A program made the translations under genes and the position numbers. Below the pieces are notes generated by a model, which was not told the DNA's origin, searched no databases, and saw nothing but the letters and a program-made list of their open reading frames with translations. A stretch of 64,000 nucleotides of DNA from Chiloscyllium plagiosum (Eukaryota), in assembly GCF_004010195.1 (NCBI RefSeq), contig NC_057718.1:37881152-37945151 (forward strand), in the 5' to 3' direction. Each line of letters begins with the position of its first letter. The first letter of the stretch is position 1. Below, piece by piece: positions 1-11,753 of the stretch.

Positions 1-632
1 CAACGGAATGAGGACATGCCACAACCCAAAGGACTAGCCACACTACCATACATCAAAAACATTCCTGAACTGACAGCCAGACTACTGCGACCACTAGGAC
101 TCATAACAGCACACAAACCAACAGCCACTCAGACAACAACTCACCAGGACGAAGGACCCGATACCCAGCATGAGTAAAAACAACGTAGTGTACAAAATCC
201 CATGTAAGGACTGCACAAAACACTGCATAGGATAAACAGGAAGACAGCTAACAATTCACATCCATGAACACCAACTAGCCACGAAATGACATGACCAGCT
301 ATCCTTAGTAGTTACACACTCAGATGACAAGCAACATGAGTTCGACTGGGACAACACTACTATTATCGGACAAGCCAAACAGAGAACAGCCAGGGAATTC
401 CTAGAGGCTTGGCACTCACCCACTGATTCAATCAACAAGCACATCGACCTGGACCCAATATACCGGCCACTGCAGCGGACAGCTGGAACTGACAACCGGA
501 AGCGGCAGAGACAAACCACTATAAATGCCGGAGGAAACATCACAGAAGCGTTTCCCAGGAGGCTCCCAAGCACTGAGGATGTCACCTAGACAGGGAACAA
601 AACGTCTGCAGCTCGGCGAACAGAACCACAAC
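1..632 (+). mobile_element. Penelope-like element 3' part (GIY-YIG endonuclease region plus terminal repeat), decayed; Penelope/Poseidon-like
   Basis: Manual translation gives LATLPYIKN...(frameshift)...NNVVYKIPCKDCTKHCIG*TGRQL...EFDWDN...REFLEAWHS, a GIY-YIG endonuclease signature with stops. It is followed by a hammerhead-like motif at 570-609. Confidence 0.85.
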
Positions 633-739
633 ATATGTTACTAACTGCTAAACTCCTTGACCAGTTTCCTCAACCCTTATGTCTCCAATTTCTTCTTTTA
701 GTCACCAGACCTGAAACTTGTCATGATTTTGTAATCCAG

Positions 740-1720
740 CTGGGTAGGACTTATTTGGCGGAATCCTTCCCTCTATATACACAAACAGAATATCATTTGT
801 AAAGGCTCTTTTCCTGCTGTCACACTACCATCTCTGGTGTCTCCCAAAATTCTATCCTTAGCCACCTCCTTTTACCTACATACTACCCTCAAGTGACATT
901 ATCCAGTAATATAGCATTAGTTTTCACATGGACCTGGACAACACCCAGCTTTACCTTGTTACAACCTCTCAACTCCTCCAAAGGTGTTGAATTATCAAAC
1001 TGTGGCAGCAGAGAATGACCAGAGATTTCCTCTAACTGGACTTTTGGGAAGTCCAAAACCAATGTTTTTGCTCCCTGCCACAGATTCCATCCTTATCTGC
1101 CAACTCTGTCTCCTCATGTAATTTCTGATTCCAAAGTGAGTGGCGCACATTTGTACAGCATCACTGAGGTTGACTAAATCAAACTCAATAACATCACCCA
1201 GGTCCTCCCCTGCCTCAGCACACTTGCACATCTATGGATTTATTATATCTAGACTTGACTATTCTATTACACGTCTAGCAGAGCTCCCATATTCTACAGT
1301 GCCTAGAGACTGACCTATGTTGGCTCTTGGTCAAGCAATACTTTGAAATGCTCGTATTTTTTAAATCCCTCCATTGTCTTGCACTTCTGTAGCTCTGTAA
1401 TCCCATGTATCCCCTCAATCATTTCAGATATCTGCACTTAAATAATTTTAGCCTGTGGCAAACTTCACCTTTTAATCTTTGTACTATTGGTGGTAGTGTC
1501 TTTAGTTCCTTAAACTCTAAGCTCCAGAATTCCCTCCCTAAATCCCTGTGCCTCCCTACCTTTTTATTCCTTTAAGACAGTGCTTAAAACCAGTCTCTGA
1601 ATAAGCTTTTGGCTGTCTTCCTGTCATCTTCTACATCTGTGTTCAGTTCTGCTTCATAATGCTTCTGAGAAACACCTTGAATCGTTCTATTACATTAAAG
1701 GCAATTAAATGAATAAAAGT
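740..1720 (+). mobile_element. L2-type LINE 3' fragment, degenerate
   Basis: Degenerate RT-like segments (QGSILGP-like, DDTQLY-like, SRLDY) and an L2-like tail (ctattacattaaaggcaattaaatgaat). Confidence 0.55.
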
Positions 1721-1854
1721 CAATATAGCTCTGGTATCTACAACTTCTACATACAGCAAGCTGAGATTACTACCTGCACCAAAACCACAGCAACACACAT
1801 GATGACTGGAGCATCATGACTAAGCAGTTTCCATCCCCTCGCATTAGTATCGCA

Positions 1855-2390
1855 AATACATCTACAGCATAGAAAAAGATACTTCAGCCCATTGCAAGTC
1901 TGTGCTGGTCAAAAACAACCACCGAACTATTCTAATCTGACTTGGCCCATAGCAATGTATGCCTTGGCATTGCAAATGTACATGTAAATACTACTTCAAT
2001 GTTATAAGGGTTTCTGCCTCTACCACTTTCCAGGCAGTGAGTTCCAGATTCCCACCATTCTCTGACTGAAAACAAATTTCCTCACATCCCCTCTCTAGCC
2101 CTTAAATCAATGCCCTCCAGTAATTCATCCCTCCACCAAGGGAAAAAATCTCCTGTCTCTGCCCTTCATAATTTCATATCTCAATCATGTTTTCCTTGGA
2201 GCAGAGGAAACTATCAAAGTCTATCCAATCTCTCTTCATAACTGAAACTCCAACCAAGCAACATCTTGTTCATCTCCTCTATACTCTGTCCAGTACAATC
2301 ACATCCCTTCTATAATGTGTATTCCAGAATTGCACACAATACTCTAGCTATGGCCTAACAGTTTTTACAGTTTCAGCATCAATCCCCTGC
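1855..2390 (-). mobile_element. CR1-type LINE 3' fragment, old
   Basis: Same motif order as the younger CR1 copy at 4286-5360 (gcctctaccact...gttccagattcccacca...tccagaattgcacacaatactc). Confidence 0.65.
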
Positions 2391-2539
2391 TATGAAATAA
2401 ATAAGATTTTCAATTTCAGCAAAAAATCCTAATAAATATCCCCCCACCCACAACTAATTTGAACTTAAGGAAGAAAGATACCCGAGAAGAGGTGGTACAC
2501 ACATGAAGTTGCAATCACTTTCTGAAATTTGTTAGGTCC

Positions 2540-3055
2540 AACCTTAAATGTGTGGCTAATTCTGGGCACCACATCTTAGGAAGGATGTCAAAGCCTTAAG
2601 GGGAAATTGGACGTTTACAAGATTGGTAATAAGGATGAAAGACTTCAGTTATGTGGAGAGATAAGAAAGACTGAGATTGTTCTCCTTACAACAGAAAAAA
2701 GTAATAATTTGATTGTGCTGTTTTATTTGAAAGTTAGTAAGGAGAAACTGTGTCCAATAGCAAAAGGGGCAATAACTAGAGAATATTGTTAAGGTGATTA
2801 GCAAAGGGAAGTAGAGGCAATATAAGTATAACACATTCTCTGTGCAATCAATATCTGTCATCTGGAATGCATTGTGTGAAGGGTTCAGCAAGCAGATTCG
2901 ATAAAAACTTTCAAAAGGGAATTAGGTAAATAATTGAACAAGGAAAAAATTGCATGCTTGGAGGGAAGAGTAGTGATGTGGAAAGACGAGTCTAAATGGA
3001 TTGCTGTGTCAAACAGCTGACACAGACACAATGGGCTGAATGACCTCATCAACCT
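2540..3055 (+). mobile_element. CR1-type LINE 3' fragment, old
   Basis: tctgggcaccacatcttaggaaggatgtc (FW-P-LRKD-like) through a CR1-like tail (gacacaatgggctgaatgacct). Confidence 0.6.
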
Positions 3056-3189
3056 GTTTTTGTATTGAAATTATTGAAATCATTGTATTGTAAATAAAGA
3101 TACCCTTCACCTATTTTCTGGTTCGCTGAATGACTTGGTGCTATTTTCCTGCTTTTTATCCATAACACTGAATGTTGTTTCCATGTAAA

Positions 3190-4005
3190 TAACATTGTAA
3201 TATGCTTTTGAATATCTCAATTGAAACCAACTACATCACACAATCAAGCAGTGTGTTCCAAATCCTAATTACTTGCAATGATTTTTTTTCTCTCATTACA
3301 TTTGCCTCTTTTGCAAATTATTTAAATCTCTCTCAATATAATTTTTTCTCTCTTTTTTTCACGATCCTTTTATGATGGAACAATTTCTCCCAATCTACTT
3401 TGTCTGCCCCTCTCATGAATTTGAAAATTTCGATCAGATCTGTGCTTACCCTTCACCTCTCCACGGAAATCTGTTCCAACTTCTCTACTATTTCCTCATA
3501 ATTGAAGTGTCTCATCTCTGGACCATTCTCATAAATTTCTTTTGCAATCTTTCTAAAGCATTCATATCATTTCTATAGTCTGTCGCCCAGAACTCTATGC
3601 AGTACTCCAACTGAAGTCTCACTATTACATTATAAAAGTTCAGTATAATTTCTTTGCTCTTACACTCTATATCCCTACAAATAAAGCCCAGACTATTGTA
3701 TTTTATTAACTGCTCAGTCTTCCTATTCTGCCATCTTTAATTTCTTGTATACATGTACATCCAGGCTGTTTTCCTGCAGACCCTCCAGGAGAGCACCCTT
3801 TATTTTATACTGCATCTCCTTATTCATTATACCAAAATTTATCACCTCACACTTATCCGCATTTCACATCGTTTGCCATATTTATGTCCATTCCACCAAC
3901 TTATAGTTTTATACTGTCATCCTCACAGTTTACAATGCTTCCAAGTTTTACATCATCTACAGACTTTGAAATTGTCCTCTGCACACCAAGATCTTGCTCA
4001 TTAAC
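3190..4005 (-). mobile_element. CR1-type LINE fragment, old
   Basis: Degenerate similarity to the CR1 RT region (cccagaactctatgcagtactcc; tcatctacagactttg is FADD-like on the minus strand). Confidence 0.5.
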
Positions 4006-4285
4006 GTATAGAATAGAAATTTATTGTCACATGTACTTTTACATGAAAGTACAGTGAAAGGTTTTATAAGCCACCACACCACAGCAGCTATATTAATGAC
4101 AGATATATATAATAAAAAACATTAAGACAAAGTTCAGTTAATGGCTCCTGGGCTTGGGGGAAGCTGATTAAGGAACAATGGAATACCCTGAAGATACAGC
4201 CAGGACAAGCCTGCCATTCCGGGACAAGAATACCACACCCAGGACACACCAAGACAAGACCACTATATCCACTATACTCCACTGA

Positions 4286-5360
4286 ATAGACAAGAGGTGC
4301 AGGAGTAGGCCATTCTGCCCTTCGAGCCAGCACCACCATTCATTATGATCATCCTCAATCAGTATCCTGTTCCTGCCTTATCCCCATAACCCTTGATTCC
4401 ATTATCCCTAAGAGCTCTATCCAACTCTTTCTTAAACGAATCCAGAGACTGGGCCTCCACTGCCTTCTGGGGCAGAGCATTCCATAATCCACCACTCTCT
4501 GGGTGAAGAAGTTTCTCCTCAACTCTGTTCTAAGTGGCCTACCCTTTATTTTTAAACTGTGTCCTCTGGTTCGGGACTCACCCATCAGTGGAAACATGCT
4601 TCCTGCTTACAGAGTGTCCAATCTTTTAATAATCTTATATGTCTCATTCAGATCCCCTCAGCCTTCTAAACTCAAGCGTATACAAGCCCAGTCGCTCCAA
4701 TCTTTCAGAGTAAGATAGTCCCGCCATTCTGGGAATTGACCTCATGAACCTACGCTGCACTCCCTCAATAGCCAGAATGTCTTTCCTCAAATTTGGAAAC
4801 CAAAACTGCGCACAATATTCCAGGTGCGGTCTCACCAGGTCCCTGTACAGCTGCATAAGGTCCTCTTTGCTTCTATACTCATTTCCTCTTGTTATGAAGG
4901 CCAGCATGCTATTAGCTTTCTTCACTGCCTGCTGTACCTGCATGTTTGCTTTCATTGACTGATGTACAAGAACACCTAGATCTCGTTGTATTGCCCCTTT
5001 ACCGAACTTGACTCCATTTAGGTAGTAATCTGACTTCCTGTTCTTGCCACCAAAGTGAATAACCACACATTTATCCACATTAAACTGCATCTGCCATGCA
5101 TCTGTCCACTCACCTAGCCTGTCCAGGTCACCTTATATTCTCCTAACATCCTCTTCACATTTTATCCTGCCACCCAGCTTTGTGTCATCAGCAAATTTGC
5201 TAATATTACTTTTAACACCTTCATCTATATCATTAAGGTACATTGTAAAAAGCTGCAATCCCAGCACTGATCCCTGCGGCAAACCACTGGTCACCGCCTG
5301 CCATTCCGAAAGGGAGCCGTTTATCACTACTCTTTGTTTCCTGTCAGCCAACCAATTTTC
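4286..5360 (-). mobile_element. CR1-type LINE, 5'-truncated, relatively young (RT C-terminus and 3' tail)
   Basis: ORF-track peptides SGLPQGSVLG, KFADDTKLGG, MQFNVDKC, RPHLEYCAQFW and SRTRGHSLKI are hallmark CR1 ORF2 motifs, broken by frameshifts. Confidence 0.92.
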
Positions 5361-8001
5361 CTATTTTCAATCCGTGAAGACCACCATGCCAAGCTGAGAC
5401 TACCATACCGGGCTGCTGGAAGCCACCATGTTGCTGGGGGTGAGAGAAGCCTCCTGTTCCCAATCCAACACTCCTCCAGACACTGTAGCCAATCTGCCAA
5501 GTCCTTTTTGCTGATGCTTCCGCTCCTTCAGACACCCAGGCCCACTCTGGAACTGGACCCCCAGCCCAGTCTATGAGTCTGAGCCAAAAGATTCAGCCCA
5601 AGACCTGCTCCTCATTCGACAGGAAACCCCTGGGCTCCACCCCATCCCAGTGTTGCTGCCACTGGAGGCTTCCTCCTTCACCTGCCACTCTCCAGGCTTT
5701 AAAAAGAAAATGAAGAACAAAATGAAAAGAAGGAAAACAATGGAAGAAAACCAATGGGAGCAGACAAGTCCTAGGCTCAGCTCCCATGCTCCACTGCCAT
5801 CTTCAATCAGGAAACCAAGATTCCTGGGGAACACCATTACAAATCTACAGCCTGAAAATATCCATTAACCATTTGCCTTTCTTTCCTGTCCCTCAGCCTA
5901 ACTCTAACCCTTTGCACATTGCAACTACTTATTCCATGAGCTATAACTTTTCTCGCAATTCTATTATTTAGCATTGCCTTTTGGAAGAATGCATATACCA
6001 TATCAACTGTGTCATCCTCATTAACTCTCTGTTAACAGTTTACAAAAGCTCCAGCAAATTAGTTAAACATGATTTTCCCTTCAGTAAACTGAGCTGGATT
6101 TTTCTGATCACGTGTTTCTATCCTAAATAGTCATTTCATTCACTTTCCTCACCAGTGAGTTTAGACTATGGTACCAACATGGACCACAACCTTTACTTGT
6201 TCACCTTCTCCCGGAAAATTTTCCACAACCTTTCTATAATATCCTTGACCTTGGCACCAGGGAAGCAACATACTATCCTGGAGTTAGACTACAACCACAG
6301 AAATACCTATCCATTCCCCTTTCATTACTGCACTCCCCCTCATCCTCCTTTCCTCCTGCACAACTGGGCCGCATGGTGCCAAGTTTTTACTGCACTCTTC
6401 TGAGGAAGTATTACCCTTACCAGTATTAAGTATGGAAAACCCATTGGTGAGCAAGACCTTAAGGGATTCTGTACTACCTGCCTGGTTGTCTTTGACTACC
6501 TGGTGGTCACCTATTCCCTTTCTATCTGCATGCCTGTTTGTGGTGTGACCACCTCTCTGAATATGCTATCCACATAGTTATATGCCTTGCAATGAACCAC
6601 AGTGACGTCAGCCACTGTTTGGCTCCTAAACTTGGATATCAAGATTGTGCAACAATGTCACTCGTTACATGTGCTTGACCAGTTCACATCAAGTGCCCTA
6701 ACCCCCCAGAAACCACCAGATGAGTATTCCACTTTGGCTGAATTGTACTGCCGTCCTTAATCTTCTGTACTATTTATTATAAACTATTTTTCTTGAATTA
6801 CACTGATCTTAAAAAATAAAAAAATCTCAACTTTGAGGAATAGTTGCCATCGTTAGCTGCTCAGAAAGAAACATATACTCCTCCCTTCACAGCTTAACAC
6901 ACAGCAAGCTTGACTTGCATTAAAATTGACTTAAAACATTTCTTTCACCCACATGCCAAATTCCCATATTGAATCAAGTTTCCCAAGTACTCTATCTTAT
7001 CCCAACCCAATGCAGTCTGATAATGCACCCCTTACTGCCCATGCTGCTTTATTTTGTAAATAGGCTTGGTTCTAAGACTGGTAGGCACCATAGGGCATGG
7101 AATATATTTTGAACAGTCATGTTTTTATTATTTATTTGTTATTTGCATTTCGTTGCTCCTGTAATATATTTATTATTTTTCATGGATTTCAAAGTATACA
7201 TTGTACAGAAATGAACAATTTAGCCCAATCAGTTCATGCTGGTACTTCATCTCCTTGAGAGACAACTGGCATCTTTTCCAATCTAACCTACCATTATAAC
7301 CATCTATTCCCTTTGTCCAGTTTCCTCTTAAATACATCAACAGTGGAAGCAGAATCAGTTAAGACATTTAAAAGGGCATTGAGAAATTCTCTTTAGATTG
7401 AAGTAATATGCAAAGATGTGGAGAAGAATCATAAGATTGACACTAAGTAATAATGCTCATTTGAAGAGCTGGTGTAGACATAGTGATCAATGCCTCCTTC
7501 TATGCCATAATACCTCTGTGAAATAACTCACCTCAACTACTCCATGTGGTAGCAAGTTCGACGTTCCTACCGTGCTTTGGTTGAAGGTATTTATTCTGAT
7601 TTTCTGAATTGGGTAGGTGCCCAAGACCACTTGTTACAATTTTATGCTCCCTTGTGGTGGAAGTTGAGCAACTAACTATCATCCCTACACCTGAAATAAA
7701 AAGTTTTTAAAATGTCCCTACCATACAAATTCACCACATCCATTGGTATGTTAAATCTTTTAGCTTTTCTACCAGAAACCATTTGCTTTTTTTTTGTTCT
7801 TATGTTATCCTATTACATTCCCTCTCTTTATTCTTCCTTTCCTACACCCTGCCATCTTTACTTGCCCTAAACCTATTATGCTTCCATCATTCTATCTCCC
7901 ACAGGTGTCCACATCCTACTTAACTATACTTTCTCACATTCTGGATTAGTGATGCTGGAAGAGCACAGCAATTCAGGCAGCATCCGAGGACAGGCAAAAT
8001 C

Positions 8002-8029
8002 GACGTTTCGGGCAAAAGCCCTTCATCAG
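8002..8029 (-). ncRNA. Minimal hammerhead ribozyme motif (inverted terminal copy)
   Basis: Minus strand reads CTGATGA A GGGC TTTT GCCC GAAA C GTC. Confidence 0.75.
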
Positions 8030-8805
8030 GAATAAAGGCAGAGAGCCTGAAGCATGGAGAGAGGGATATATTTCCCTCCCCACCCCTCTCCGCCTTTCGC
8101 AAAGACCGTTCCCTCCGTGACTACCTGGTCAGGTCCACGCCCCCCTACGACCCACCCTCCCATCCTGCCACTTTCCCCTGCCACCGCAGGAACTGTAAAA
8201 CCTGCACCCACACCTCCTCCCTCACCTCTATCCAAGGCCACAAAGGAGCTTTCCACATCCATCAAAGTGTTACCTGCACATCCTCCAATATCATTTATTG
8301 TATCCGTTGCTCCAGATGCGGTCTCCTCTACATTGGGGAGACTAGGCGCCTCCTAGCAGAGCGCTTTAGGGAACATCTCAGAGACACCCGCACCAATCAA
8401 CCAAACCACCCCATGGCCCAACATTTCAACTCCCCCTCCCACTCTACCGAGGATATGGAGGTGCTGGGCCTCCTCCACCACCGCTCCCTCACCACCAGAC
8501 GCCTGGAGGAAGAACGCCTCATCTTCCACCTCGGAACATTTCAACCCCAGGGCATCAACAGTTTCTTCATTTCCCCTTCCCCCACCTCATCCCAGCTTCT
8601 AACCTCCAGCAACTCGATCCCCTGACCTGTCCGGACTTGTCCGACCTGCCCAGCTCCTTTTCCACCTATCCACTCCACCCTCTCCTCCCTGACCTATCAC
8701 CTTCATCTCCTTCCCCACTGACCTATTGGACTCTATGGTACTCTATCCCCACCCCCACCCTCCTCTAGCTTATCTCTCCACGCTTCAGGCTCTCTGCCTT
8801 TATTC

Positions 8806-8833
8806 CTGATGAAGGGCTTTTGCCCGAAACGTC
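8806..8833 (+). ncRNA. Minimal hammerhead ribozyme motif in PLE terminal repeat
   Basis: CTGATGA (8806-8812), stem II GGGC-TTTT-GCCC, GAAA (8826-8829), palindromic ACGT mini stem III and a GUC triplet ending at 8833. Confidence 0.78.
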
Positions 8834-9124
8834 GATTTTGCCTGTCCTCGGATGCTGCCTGAATTGCTGTGCTCTTCCAGCACCACTAATCCAGAATCTG
8901 GTTTCCAGCATCTGCAGTCATTGTTTTTACCTTATACTTTCTCACAACCCAGTTCCTCTATTCCATTCTCCTAATTGTTCTTCTCAACCTTCTAATGTCT
9001 TCCTTTCTCTTCAAAGATTCTCATCCCTAAAGGATTGATAGTACACTCCACTATGTTTAATCTATTATTTACAGTTCTGCACCAAACCAACCCCTCCCTT
9101 CTAAAACTAACATAAAGTTTCCCT

Positions 9125-10040
9125 TGTTCTCCCTTCCATCCTACTGTGTGTGTTTTGGAACAGAACACTGCCATTTGTTACCTTCAACACAAAGCCTCCA
9201 CCAATCACATCTCTCCCTGTCCTTCCCTTTTAAAATTCCAAAGGGACCCGTTCCTCTACAACACCTTGAACCATTCCTCAGCTATCCCTTTCCCAATTAC
9301 CTATCCATGCCAGCATAGGAGATGCAACACCCATCAGTTTACTTCCTTTCTCACACCATTCAAAGCCTTAAACACTCTCGCACCAAGGCCCAAAGCACTT
9401 TTCCCAAATTAAAAAGTAATTTACTTAAAACTACTTTAAAGTTATGATAATGCTCACAATGTGGTCTTAAATGCAGGTTCGCGACTGCCTTATGAACCCT
9501 TCTATTCATGCTGCAGGCATAACTGTGAGCTTTCTGTCATTTTACTTCCCCACCTTGTTTATATTCCTATGTCTTTGGTCACCAGTGAAGCTTACTGCAA
9601 CCTCAAGGAACAACAGTTCATTTCTCAACTCAGTATTTTACAGCCTCCTGGACCCAGCGTTGAGATCAGTAACATCAGATCACAACATCTGTTTCCATTT
9701 TGTTTCATGTTCTATTTTGTTGTTTGTTATGTACTTTGAATACTAAGTGAATGAATAAACAGACTTCTGCTTTGCTGTACTCTAACTCACAGCTCATGTG
9801 GACACACCCTTTCTTGTGATATATCCTTAAGCTTTTCTACCATGAAACTTTATCCTATTTGCTCTCTCGCATGCCACCCCATAAAATTCCTTCCTTTATA
9901 TTATACATCTCCCACACCCTTTGTTTGCAACATGCTCCACATTGAATTTCCATTTTGCCTCAGTGCTGATAAATGGTCATCCCCCTGAAAGATTGACCCG
10001 CCACAGGCGCTGCCTCACATTACCAAGGTCTTGCCTTTTG
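9125..10040 (+). mobile_element. Old, degenerate Penelope-like element (homologous to 8065-8900)
   Basis: Peptides KFQRDPFLYNTL, TYPCQHRRCNT and EQQFISQLSILQPPG align by eye with AFRKDRSLRDYL, TFPCHRRNCKT and EERLIFHLGTFQPQG of the younger copy. A hammerhead relic (CTGATAA...GAAA) lies at 9966-9990. Confidence 0.65.
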
Positions 10041-10049
10041 TTTAAAAGA

Positions 10050-10220
10050 ATGTTCCCATTGGTCAGATTTCAGCCTAGCAACGACAGAACTGCACCCATC
10101 GACCGCTGACCTCTGGTACCAGCCAATCAGAGTGACCAGCACCGGGGCACGCGGCCCGGGTTAGGACCAATTAAATGGCTCGATGCTGGGAGTTCGGTTA
10201 GAAACGGTTCAAGATGGCGC
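10050..10220 (+). promoter_or_regulatory. TBCC proximal promoter, start of CpG-rich island
   Basis: CCAAT boxes at 10058-10062 (reverse), 10123-10127 and 10167-10171. YY1-type CAAGATGGCG overlaps the ATG. CpG density is high from about 10080 to 10950. Confidence 0.6.
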
Positions 10221-11260
10221 TAGTCGGGGAGAGCGAGAACCGGGAGAGTTTAACGGAAGAAATCCCGGAATATGACCGGCGTAAAGAGAAAATGGTGGAG
10301 ATCCTGCAGCGGAGAGACCAGGAGAGACAGCAGGGGGTGGAGAGGAGGAAAATGGCCAAAGATGTGACCACGGTGAAGGAGGAAAAGTCCAACTTTTTCA
10401 ACATGGCGTTCTCGGAGGAGAGGGCGGCGATCGAGGCGCTGGTGGAAAGCTGCGAAGGCACCGACCGAAGCGCTTTGAATGTCCGCTTCGAGGAAATCTT
10501 GCAGAAGATGCAACGGCTGCAGAAGTTTGTCAACGACAGCATGATGTTCCTGTCTGCCTACGAGCTGCGGCAGGCCCAGGACGCCGTGCAGAGGTTGCAG
10601 GGGATGGTGTCGGAGAAGAGGGAGGAGTGCCTGCCCAAGAAGAAATTCGCTTTCAAGTCCCGCAAAAAAGAAGGTGCCGCCCCCAAACAAATCAACTCCG
10701 TCGATTCCCCGTCCGACAAGAAACCGAGCGACCCCGTCGCGATCGAGGAAAACCTCTGCGGTTTTTCGGACGCAGACTCCCAAATGCTGGTCCGGCGGGC
10801 GGACGAGATCACCGGGAAGGATGTGTTGTTGACCCGGTTGACGAACTGCGTGGTCCAGCTCTTGGGTTCGCCCAACACTCTCCATGTCAAAAATGTCACT
10901 AATTCGAAGGTGTTGTGCGGACCTGTCTCTACCTCCGTGTTCATTGACCAGTCCGTTAGCTGCACCTTTGCCTTCGCTTGTCAGCAGCTGCGAACCCATA
11001 ACACTAAAGATGCTAATATATATTTGCATGTGACCAGCCGAGCCATCGTTGAGGACTGCACTGGAGTTTCCTTTGCTCCATTTAACTGGAAGTACGAAGG
11101 CATTGAAAAGGACTTTGAGCTAGCGGGTTTAAATAGAACGAAAAACAATTGGAATGTTATAGACGATTTCAACTGGCTCGCGACTGATCATTCCCCTAAC
11201 TGGAGTATTTTGGCTGAAGAGTCTCGAATAACAGACTGGGACAAAATCTTAGCGCCGTAG
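10214..11260 (+). CDS. TBCC: Tubulin-specific chaperone C (tubulin folding cofactor C), single exon, 348 aa
   Basis: Helical N-terminal region (LSAYELRQAQ...LPKKKFAFKSR) and C-CAP/cofactor C beta-helix motifs (LCGPVSTSVF, ACQQLRTH, LHVTSRAIVEDC, DDFNWL...SPNW). Strong Kozak context aagATGG. Confidence 0.97.
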   Translation: MALVGESENRESLTEEIPEYDRRKEKMVEILQRRDQERQQGVERRKMAKDVTTVKEEKSNFFNMAFSEERAAIEALVESCEGTDRSALNVRFEEILQKMQRLQKFVNDSMMFLSAYELRQAQDAVQRLQGMVSEKREECLPKKKFAFKSRKKEGAAPKQINSVDSPSDKKPSDPVAIEENLCGFSDADSQMLVRRADEITGKDVLLTRLTNCVVQLLGSPNTLHVKNVTNSKVLCGPVSTSVFIDQSVSCTFAFACQQLRTHNTKDANIYLHVTSRAIVEDCTGVSFAPFNWKYEGIEKDFELAGLNRTKNNWNVIDDFNWLATDHSPNWSILAEESRITDWDKILAP

Positions 11261-11352
11261 ATGTATCTTATGTACCAGAGGTCTGTGTTTACTGAGCAAG
11301 CTGACGATGTCATGACTTAATTGCACCCATTCCTGTATTTGAATTCAAGTAA

Positions 11353-11358
11353 AATAAA
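11353..11358 (+). terminator. Probable TBCC polyadenylation signal (AATAAA)
   Basis: AATAAA about 90 nt after the stop, ATTAAA at about 11375, and GT-rich sequence downstream. Confidence 0.55.
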
Positions 11359-11452
11359 CGTTGTGGACAGAAAAATTAAATAATGTTGGGGTCCTGTTTA
11401 TAGGATATAACTAGTTTGTGTTTTTATAAATATTCTTATTGAAAGATTTTTT

Positions 11453-11753
11453 TTTAGATTCCCTACAGTATGGAAACAGGCCTTTCGGTCCAACAAGTCC
11501 AAACTGACCATCTGAAGAGCAACCCACACCTGTACCCCTACATTGCCCCCTAACTAATGCACCTAATACTATGAGCAATTTAGCATGACCAATTCACCTG
11601 ACCTGCGCATGTTTTGGATTGTGGGAGAAAGTTGACGCTGACGTGAGGAGAATGTGCAAACTTGACACAGACAGTAACCTGAGACTGGAATCGAACCCAA
11701 GTCCCTGTTACTCTGAGGCAACAGTGCTAAGCGCTGAGCCTCCGTACCGACCC
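11453..11753 (-). mobile_element. tRNA-derived V-domain SINE (HE1-like) nested in the L1 3' UTR
   Basis: Reverse complement of the SINE type at 35224 and 53649: A/B boxes, central V-like domain, CR1-like tail. Confidence 0.85.

Larger units (their letters stand above)
7939..8932 (+). mobile_element. Penelope-like element (Neptune-like), 5'-truncated with inverted terminal copy and 14-bp TSD
   Basis: Uninterrupted frame 8065-8625 encodes FPCHRRNCKTC (Cys linker) and NIIYCIRCSRCGLLYIGET...RFREH...HF...EERLI...GIN (GIY-YIG). 7939-8062 is the reverse complement of 8773-8896. TSD tatactttctcaca at 7925-7938 and 8933-8946. Confidence 0.92.

Noticed and set aside
10250..11029. 259-aa antisense ORF and other overlapping ORFs in TBCC
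   Set aside because: Shadow frames of a GC-rich CDS with no recognisable domain.
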